Positions 50,607 through 57,111 of a DNA stretch of 64,000 nt are shown in pieces (position 1 is the first letter of the stretch; every line of letters begins with the position of its first letter). The notes beneath the pieces were generated by a model that saw nothing but the letters and a program-made list of their open reading frames with translations, was not told where the DNA came from and did no database searches. The stretch comes from Rhodobiaceae bacterium UBA7804 (GTDB taxonomy: Bacteria; Pseudomonadota; Alphaproteobacteria; Parvibaculales; Parvibaculaceae): positions 88,036 to 152,035 of the forward strand of contig DLCG01000008.1 in the NCBI GenBank assembly GCA_002480495.1, written 5' to 3'. The translations under genes were made by a program, and so were the position numbers.

Positions 50607-51857
50607 ATGGTTTTCAGCGCGCTTCTCAGGAAAGTCGTGAAACGCGGCTCACTGACGATTGTCGGAGCCGACGGCAAACGCACGGAATTCGGAGACGGCT
50701 CCGGCGAGCCGGTGACCATCCGCTTCCACGACAAGACGGTCTCGACCGAGATCGCGCTCAATCCCTATCTCAAACTCGGCGAAGCCTTCATGGATGGCAG
50801 GCTGACCATCGACAAGCCCGCGACGATCTACGAACTTCTCGATCTGCTGACCTCGAATCTGGGCCGGAACTTCGCCGGCCCCGTCTTCGAAATCTATGGC
50901 GCGCTCAGGCGGATGAAGCGGCGGATCGACCAGCACAATCCCGTGGGCAAGGCGGAGAAGAATGTCGCCCATCACTACGACCTCGACGGCGGCATCTACG
51001 ACCTCTTCCTCGACCGCGACAAGCAATATTCCTGCGCCTATTTCCAGCGGCCGGACATGACGCTCGAAGAGGCGCAACACGCGAAAAAGCGCCATATAGC
51101 AGCGAAACTCGGCATCGAGCCGGGCATGCGCGTGCTCGATATCGGCTGCGGCTGGGGCGGCATGGCGCTGACGCTGGCGGAGGAAACGGGCGCGGAAGTC
51201 GTGGGCGTCACGCTCAGCCACGAACAACTGAAAGTGGCGCAGCGCCGCGCGGAAGAGCGCGGCCTCGCCGACAAGGTCGAGTTTCGGCTGCAGGACTATC
51301 GTCTGATCAAGGAGAATTTCGACCGCGTCGTTTCCGTCGGCATGTTCGAGCATGTGGGCGTCGGCCACTACCGCGAATATTTCGACGGGGTGACGAATCT
51401 CCTCACCCATGACGGCGTCGCGCTGATCCATACGATCGGACGGCTGGACGGGCCGGGATCCACTAACCCATGGATTGCAAAGTATATTTTCCCGGGCGGC
51501 TATATCCCTGCGCTGAGCGAAATGTCCGGCGTGGTGGAGCGGACGGGCCTCTTCATGACGGATGTCGAAATCCTCCGCCTCCACTATGCGGAGACCTTGC
51601 GCGAATGGCGGCGGCGCTTCATGGAAAGGCGCGAAACGGCGGCGCGCATCTATGACGAACGCTTCTGCCGCATGTGGGAGTTCTACCTGGCGGGCTCCGA
51701 AACATCCTTCAGAAACGAGGGGATGGTCGTTTTCCAGATGCAGCTGGCGAAGAAGATCGACACGCTGCCGCTGACCCGCGACTACATGCTGGAGGAGGAA
51801 CGCCGCCTTGCCGGGGCCGAGCGGACCCCTCAGCAGCGGCTCATGGCGGGCGACTGA
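50607..51857 (+). CDS. cfa: Cyclopropane-fatty-acyl-phospholipid synthase family methyltransferase
   Basis: HYDLDGGIYDLFLD...YSCAYF, then VLDIGCGWGG and EHVG. The start is uncertain (50565 or 50607). Confidence 0.8.
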   Translation: MVFSALLRKVVKRGSLTIVGADGKRTEFGDGSGEPVTIRFHDKTVSTEIALNPYLKLGEAFMDGRLTIDKPATIYELLDLLTSNLGRNFAGPVFEIYGALRRMKRRIDQHNPVGKAEKNVAHHYDLDGGIYDLFLDRDKQYSCAYFQRPDMTLEEAQHAKKRHIAAKLGIEPGMRVLDIGCGWGGMALTLAEETGAEVVGVTLSHEQLKVAQRRAEERGLADKVEFRLQDYRLIKENFDRVVSVGMFEHVGVGHYREYFDGVTNLLTHDGVALIHTIGRLDGPGSTNPWIAKYIFPGGYIPALSEMSGVVERTGLFMTDVEILRLHYAETLREWRRRFMERRETAARIYDERFCRMWEFYLAGSETSFRNEGMVVFQMQLAKKIDTLPLTRDYMLEEERRLAGAERTPQQRLMAGD

Positions 51858-51858
51858 T

Positions 51859-51915
51859 CTATCCCCGCCTGCGGGGATAGGCGAGGCTGCACTTGTCCCC
51901 GGGGGCGGGGACAAG
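51859..51915 (+). terminator. Two tandem perfect GC-rich hairpins directly after the cfa stop (possible terminator; no T-run)
   Basis: ctatccccg-cctg-cggggatag (51859-51880) and cttgtccccg-gggg-cggggacaag (51892-51915). Confidence 0.35.
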
Positions 51916-52021
51916 AAGACCCCACCGTCATCGTAACGTCACCGAACCGTCACAAAAGGCAGCTTTATCCCCGCTTGCGGGATAACCCTCCCCCGCCCCG
52001 CGACTCACGGTAAAATCGAAT

Positions 52022-52159
52022 TCATCCACAGGCTATTCCGCGCGAAAGCCCCGCTATTTCAAGGGTATGGCGGAATCCGTTCCACTTATCCACAGTGGCG
52101 GGAAAATTAAGCTGTGGGTGAGCGGATAAATCTCCGCATGGGGCGGAAATTTATCCGCA
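52022..52159. promoter_or_regulatory. Cluster of DnaA-box-like 9-mers upstream of dnaB
   Basis: Perfect TTATCCACA at 52086-52094. One-mismatch boxes TCATCCACA at 52022-52030 and TTATCCGCA at 52151-52159. A weaker inverted AGCGGATAA lies at 52121-52129. The dnaB ATG is at 52181. Confidence 0.55.
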
Positions 52160-52180
52160 GCTTCGTTTACAAATGACGCC

Positions 52181-53671
52181 ATGGAACAGACCGCCGCCTA
52201 CTCCCCCTCGCCCGACGACGAAACCCACGACGCCTATCGCGTGCCGCCGCACAATATCGATGCGGAACAGGCGCTCCTGGGCGCGATCCTCGTCAACAAT
52301 GAGAGCTATGACCGCGTCGCGAGCTTTCTCGACCCGATTCATTTCTTCGATGCCGTACACGGACGAATTTACGAGGCGGCGGCGAAGCTTATCACGGGCG
52401 GCCACCTCGCCTCGCCCGTGACGCTGAAGAATTTCTTCGAGCGCGACGAGGCGCTGGCCGAGATCGGCGGACCCGCCTATCTCGCGCGGCTCGCGGGCGC
52501 GGCGACGACGATCATCAATGCGGAGGAATACGGGCGGACGATCTACGACCTCGCGATCCGCCGCGAACTCATCCGCGTCGGCACCGACATTCACAACCGC
52601 GCCTATGACGCGCCGGTGGACGACACGCCGAGCGCGCAGATCCTGGAAGCCGAACAGGCGCTCTACCAGCTTGCCGAACAGGGCAAATATGAGGGCGGCT
52701 TCCAGAGCTTCCACGAGTCGCTGAAAACCGCCATCGACATGGCGGCCGAAGCCTACAAGCGCGACGGCGGGCTTTCCGGCATCTCGACCGGGCTTCGCGA
52801 CCTCGACCACCGCCTTGGCGGGCTTCAGCCCTCCGACCTCATCATCCTTGCGGGCCGCCCCTCCATGGGCAAGACGGCGCTCGCGACGAACATCGCCTTC
52901 CAGGCGGCCAAGGCCTACAAGGCGGAGCATCACGCGGACGGCACGGTCGAGGCGAAGGACGGCGCCATTGTGGGGTTCTTCTCGCTCGAAATGTCGGCCG
53001 AGCAGCTCGCGACGCGATTGCTCGCCGAACAGTCCGGCGTGCCGTCGGAGCGCATCCGGCGCGGCAACATCCATGAGGACGAGTTTCATCAGCTCGTCGA
53101 CGCCGCGCAGCAACTGCAGAGCATTCCGCTCTATATCGACGATACGGGCGGCCTCACCATCGGCACGCTCGCCGCGCGGGCGCGGCGGCTGAAGCGGCAG
53201 CGCGGCCTCGGGCTTCTCGTGATCGACTATCTGCAGCTTCTCGCGGGCTCCGGCAAGTTCGGCGACAACCGCGTGCAGGAAGTGACGCAGATCACGACCG
53301 GCCTCAAGGCGCTGGCGAAGGAATTGAATGTGCCCGTGATCGCGCTGTCACAGCTCTCGCGACAGGTGGAAGCGCGAGAGGACAAGCGGCCGCAGCTCGC
53401 CGACCTTCGCGAGTCGGGCTCGATCGAGCAGGACGCGGACGTCGTCATGTTCGTCTTCCGCGAGGAATATTACGTCTCGCGGCGCGAGCCGACCGAGGGC
53501 ACGCCCGAACATCTTCAGTGGCAGGAGGAAATGGAGCGCGTGCACGGGCTCGCCGAATGTATCATCGGCAAGCAGCGCCACGGCCCCACGGGCACCGTCA
53601 AGCTGCAGTTCCAGGCGGATGTGACGAGGTTCTCGGACCTCGATCAGGTGCATACGGAGGGGTTTGAGTAA
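52181..53671 (+). CDS. dnaB: Replicative DNA helicase
   Basis: PPHNIDAEQALLGAILVNN at the N-terminus, Walker A AGRPSMGKTA, then LIVIDYLQLL-like LLVIDYLQLL, and SQLSR...DLRESGSIEQDADVVMF. Confidence 0.95.
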   Translation: MEQTAAYSPSPDDETHDAYRVPPHNIDAEQALLGAILVNNESYDRVASFLDPIHFFDAVHGRIYEAAAKLITGGHLASPVTLKNFFERDEALAEIGGPAYLARLAGAATTIINAEEYGRTIYDLAIRRELIRVGTDIHNRAYDAPVDDTPSAQILEAEQALYQLAEQGKYEGGFQSFHESLKTAIDMAAEAYKRDGGLSGISTGLRDLDHRLGGLQPSDLIILAGRPSMGKTALATNIAFQAAKAYKAEHHADGTVEAKDGAIVGFFSLEMSAEQLATRLLAEQSGVPSERIRRGNIHEDEFHQLVDAAQQLQSIPLYIDDTGGLTIGTLAARARRLKRQRGLGLLVIDYLQLLAGSGKFGDNRVQEVTQITTGLKALAKELNVPVIALSQLSRQVEAREDKRPQLADLRESGSIEQDADVVMFVFREEYYVSRREPTEGTPEHLQWQEEMERVHGLAECIIGKQRHGPTGTVKLQFQADVTRFSDLDQVHTEGFE

Positions 53672-53678
53672 GGGGCCA

Positions 53679-54545
53679 TCAATCAAAATCAAACAAAATG
53701 TCGTCTTCCTCAGATATCGGCGTTTCAACCCTAAACCGAAGCCCCGGCCCCGCGTTTTCCCACTCTAACTTAGGAAGCCCCTCCGCCTGAGCGTCCATCA
53801 ACTCAGGCGCACCGAAAAATCCGACAATGCGGCGAGATTTATTCCATTCCAGCGCAAACGCCCTAATAGCAGAATCGTTTTCTTGCCTGCGAATAATTAT
53901 TCTGAAGAAACCCTGCGCTCCGTAGCCATGAAGACAGGTGCTCCATGGTCGGGTAATATCTGCAAAAGCTCTTATCGTTCGATTTCCCCAATCAGCAAAA
54001 TCCACCTCTCCAACAAAGCAAATCTCACCGGGGATTGCACTCCCTCTTCCGATAGAAGAATTGAAAGTGATGAGGTAGTAAAACGCTTGAAGCTGCATCG
54101 CAGCGAGTTTGAACACTCTTTCTGGTTCAATCTGCGGCGGACCGACGAAACCGAAACTTACACTGGCGCCCCCTAATATCTCTCCCGATACCTCATCCTT
54201 CACGAAACTATCTGCGATAGCCTTACGCGTGAGACGACTCGTGGAATTCGTCACTTTGCGCTGAGCATGAGTCTGGCAGTCACGGTTAAGCTTCCTTGCC
54301 TTTGACGCGCGGAGCAGCGTAATTGCGGATATGTCATCTTCGAGATCAGATTTGGCGTTATTGCATTGACGGCAAGCCCTGACGATTACAGACCAGCAGT
54401 TGTCTAACGATCCCTTCGGCACAAACCGACGGGCGACGACATGATCATCCGTGAGCGGATTTTCTGGAGTCTCTTCGCGACCACAGTAAGTGCACAAAAC
54501 CCCCACTACACGAGTAGCTTTGCCATTGGGTAGGAAGTTGTCCAA
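53679..54545 (-). CDS. HNH (His-Me finger) endonuclease domain protein with ~210-aa uncharacterised C-terminal region
   Basis: CTYCG...LTDDHVVARRF...CRQCNNAKSD lies in the first ~70 aa. I recognise no motif in the remainder. The ORF-track start is TTG at 54545 and a GTG four codons before the CTYCG motif is an alternative. The segment is AT-rich. Confidence 0.7.
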   Translation of the reverse strand: MDNFLPNGKATRVVGVLCTYCGREETPENPLTDDHVVARRFVPKGSLDNCWSVIVRACRQCNNAKSDLEDDISAITLLRASKARKLNRDCQTHAQRKVTNSTSRLTRKAIADSFVKDEVSGEILGGASVSFGFVGPPQIEPERVFKLAAMQLQAFYYLITFNSSIGRGSAIPGEICFVGEVDFADWGNRTIRAFADITRPWSTCLHGYGAQGFFRIIIRRQENDSAIRAFALEWNKSRRIVGFFGAPELMDAQAEGLPKLEWENAGPGLRFRVETPISEEDDILFDFD

Positions 54546-54612
54546 TTTTGAGGCCCTTAGAACAAATCTCTCTTGTTGATAAGCTGAAAAGAGACATCAT
54601 CCGAGATTAATT

Positions 54613-55281
54613 TTATCTCTGAGCGCCGAGGTCAGCAGCCTCAGCAGCCATCTTTCGCCAAGTCGCATTCTCAATCAAACTCGAGCGCACTATCTTCAAA
54701 TCACTGCACCCCGGAATCGACTTTAGTGTCTGCTTGACTGACTCTTTCTGAACTGGAGGCATCCAAGGGCTCAGCGTGATGCTTTTTATCCAGCTCAGAT
54801 CGAAGGGGAGATCGAGAGAGTCGAGATCTTCATTCTTGCTCACATACACCGCTCTGTATTCCATTTCATCCGTGTACGGTGCACGCTTAAGAAAAGGCAA
54901 ATCAACAACATCGATTCGATCTCCGCGCTTGATATCACCTAGCATTTTGTAGCTGACATATCGCGCCGTAACGCCGTCAGCGTTGTCAAACATCTTGACC
55001 AGCGGGCTACGTAGGAAATCAATACATACGCCATTCGGCCCCCCGGAAAACACTCGCCAGTGATGATAAGTTTCCTGACTTTGTGTAAAGCAAAGCGCAA
55101 GGACGGTTTGAGCATCGACCTTCCGCTTGTATTCTGCCATGAAATGCGCGTCGTTCTTGTCATCCCATGCCGCTGGGTTGAGTAAAGTTATACTTTTGGT
55201 CTGCAAAATGTGAATGAGGGACGCAAGGTTAGTGAATCTGCGCAATACGGTCTTCAGTACCCGTGGTTTCGCCTCCGCCAT
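54613..55281 (-). CDS. DUF2971-like protein
   Basis: The ATG at 55281 is preceded by GGAGG at 7-nt spacing; the track start at 55305 is TTG. Motif layout is LLNPAAWDDKNDAHF, LCFTQSQETYHHWRVFSGGPNGVCIDF and EMEYRAVY, as I recall for DUF2971. The family call is from memory only. Confidence 0.6.
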   Translation of the reverse strand: MAEAKPRVLKTVLRRFTNLASLIHILQTKSITLLNPAAWDDKNDAHFMAEYKRKVDAQTVLALCFTQSQETYHHWRVFSGGPNGVCIDFLRSPLVKMFDNADGVTARYVSYKMLGDIKRGDRIDVVDLPFLKRAPYTDEMEYRAVYVSKNEDLDSLDLPFDLSWIKSITLSPWMPPVQKESVKQTLKSIPGCSDLKIVRSSLIENATWRKMAAEAADLGAQR

Positions 55282-55447
55282 TGCCACCCTCCAGTTGCAG
55301 AGCAAACTTCAGTAGTCTTCTAATGATGCCATAACTGCCGTTATCTCAGAGAGTTTTCTGTGGGCGTTGCCCATTGCGCACGAGGGCGGAGAATATCTCT
55401 TGCGAAGCGGGACGGCGCGCAGAGCGCGCCTTCTGGATTGCCGGGTT

Positions 55448-55464
55448 CCCGGCTTTCGCCGGGA
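55448..55464. repeat. REP-like palindrome, partial copy (cccggctttcgccggga)
   Basis: The 17 nt are identical to the core of the 381-403 and 55566-55588 copies. Confidence 0.7.
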
Positions 55465-55565
55465 CAGGAGCCGGGGACCATTCGCGGTGCTCTTTGCCGC
55501 AGCGTTGGTTGATGGGGTGGCGCTCACGCCGAATTCAATCGTTCTTGCTGAGAGAACCAATGGGT

Positions 55566-55588
55566 CCCGGCTTTCGCCGGGATGACAT
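55566..55588. repeat. REP-like palindromic repeat (cccggctttcgccgggatgacat)
   Basis: Identical 23-mer to 381-403. The flanks are also similar (atgg.. before, ..tg.ggg after). Confidence 0.8.
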
Positions 55589-55613
55589 CTGTGGGTGTGG
55601 CAAGCGCGGCGGC

Positions 55614-56990
55614 TCAAGCCGCTTTCTCCGTGGGCAGATCGAGTTTGTTCCAGGCCGTCATGCCGCCCAGCAGGTTCGAGACGTTGGTGAACCCTGAGCG
55701 AGCGAGGATGCTGGCGGCGAGGCCGCCGCGATGGCCGACGCTGCAGGTGACGGCGACGGGTTCATCCCGCTCGAGGCCGAGCTCGCCGAGCTTCTCCTCG
55801 ATGCGGCCGGCATGGACATGGCGGGCGCCGGGGATGTGACCCGCCGCGAAGGCGCTCTCCTCGCGCACGTCGAGAACGGCGGTGCCGTTCGCATCGAGCC
55901 GGAGCGAGAGTTCACGCGGGCTGGTGGTGGCGAGCGTCTGGACGGGGCGGCCCGCATTGCGCCAGGCGGGAAAGCCGCCCGTAAGCGCGCCCTTCACCCG
56001 GTCGAGCCCGATGCGGGCGAGCGCGAGGCGCGCATCGAGCGCGGCCTCGGGGCTTTCGGCGACGAGCCAGACGGGATCATGCGCGCAGGCGACCCAGCCG
56101 CCATAGATCGACATGCCGCCCTGCCAGACATTGACCGAGCCCGGCACATGGCCGCCCGCGAAGGCCTCGACGTCGCGCGTGTCGATGACAACGCCCTCGC
56201 TCGCGCGCGCCGCGAACTCCTCCGGCGAGAGCCAGTCGAAGGGGCGCGCGTCGAGCGGACGGCCGCCCCCGAGGTTCACCTCCTCCATCAGCCGGAAGTA
56301 AGGCGGCCGCGCCATCCGCTCGGAAAGCTTGTGGCGGACGAAACCGTCGCGGCCGAGCCTTGCGGCCGCATTGGCGCTGCGCTCGATCCCGATGGTCGAC
56401 CATTCGCGGTCGGCGACATTGCCGCCGCAGGCCGAGCCCGGTCCATGCGCGGGCAGCACCAGCGCTTGGTCGCCAAGCGGGAAGACGCGTTCGTGGAGCG
56501 CATCGTAGAGCTCGCCCGCATGCTCGCCGGTCTTCTCCGCGTCGATGAGATCGGTGCGGCCGGTGTCGCCCATGAAGAGCGCATCGCCGGTGAAGACGCC
56601 CCAGACGGTCTCCGGCGCCTCGTCGAGCGTGACGGCGTAGCACATGCTCTCCGGCGTGTGGCCCGGCACATGAAGGGCGCGAAAGGAAATGCCGCCGCCG
56701 AGGCCGAGCGTGTCGCCCTGTTTCAGCGGACGGCCGGCATGGGGCATGAGTTCGTGATCGCAGGCGACGATCTCGGCGCCGGTGACGTCGCGCAGCGCCG
56801 CACCGCCCATCTCGAAATCCTCCTGGCGGTGCGTTTCCAGCACGTAACGCAGCGTGAGTCCGTTCTTTCGCAGAATGTCGAGATAGCGTTCGACATCGCG
56901 GGCCGGGTCCACAATGGCGGCGGCGCCGCCACCGCCGATGATATAGGCGAAATGGGCGATGCCGGGCGTCTCGATGCGCTGGAAAAACAT
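55614..56990 (-). CDS. MBL-fold hydrolase fused to two rhodanese domains (persulfide-dioxygenase/sulfurtransferase-like)
   Basis: MBL core LETHRQEDF... / HVPGHTPES, followed by two rhodanese-like segments. The second has the active-site loop CSVGHRGG. The start was set at MFFQRIETPG (cat at 56988-56990). Confidence 0.75.
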   Translation of the reverse strand: MFFQRIETPGIAHFAYIIGGGGAAAIVDPARDVERYLDILRKNGLTLRYVLETHRQEDFEMGGAALRDVTGAEIVACDHELMPHAGRPLKQGDTLGLGGGISFRALHVPGHTPESMCYAVTLDEAPETVWGVFTGDALFMGDTGRTDLIDAEKTGEHAGELYDALHERVFPLGDQALVLPAHGPGSACGGNVADREWSTIGIERSANAAARLGRDGFVRHKLSERMARPPYFRLMEEVNLGGGRPLDARPFDWLSPEEFAARASEGVVIDTRDVEAFAGGHVPGSVNVWQGGMSIYGGWVACAHDPVWLVAESPEAALDARLALARIGLDRVKGALTGGFPAWRNAGRPVQTLATTSPRELSLRLDANGTAVLDVREESAFAAGHIPGARHVHAGRIEEKLGELGLERDEPVAVTCSVGHRGGLAASILARSGFTNVSNLLGGMTAWNKLDLPTEKAA

Positions 56991-57111
56991 GGGGCGTCCT
57001 CTCCTTCCGTCGGTCGGGAAGATAACGCGAGGCGGCGGCACGGGTTCCCGCGGCGAGGCGGCGCGTGGAAGGCGCGCAGAAGAAGGAGCGAGGCTCGCGC
57101 TGGCGAAGCGT

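Noticed and set aside
51960-52180. DnaA-box cluster considered as a chromosomal replication origin (oriC).
   Set aside because: There are only about 4 boxes, with no obvious AT-rich unwinding element or tandem 13-mers. The flanking genes (cfa, dnaB) are not the usual alphaproteobacterial origin neighbours such as hemE. A regulatory or DnaA-titrating site is the more conservative reading.
55309-55617. 102-aa minus-strand ORF (and the plus-strand ORFs at 55367-55585 and 55374-55697) in the gap next to the DUF2971-like gene, considered as a possible third gene of the cassette.
   Set aside because: The reading frames run straight through the REP-like palindromes and yield the repeat-derived peptides HPGESRDP / GSRLSPG. 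There is no plausible RBS, and the composition is that of repeat DNA rather than of the AT-rich cassette.
53672-55620. Searched the edges of the AT-rich cassette for tRNA genes, integrase or transposase fragments, direct repeats or att-like duplications.
   Set aside because: None was found by eye. The left edge abuts the dnaB stop with only 7 nt of spacer, and the right edge has only REP-like palindromes. The mobilisation mechanism therefore stays unknown and I do not call a mobile element.
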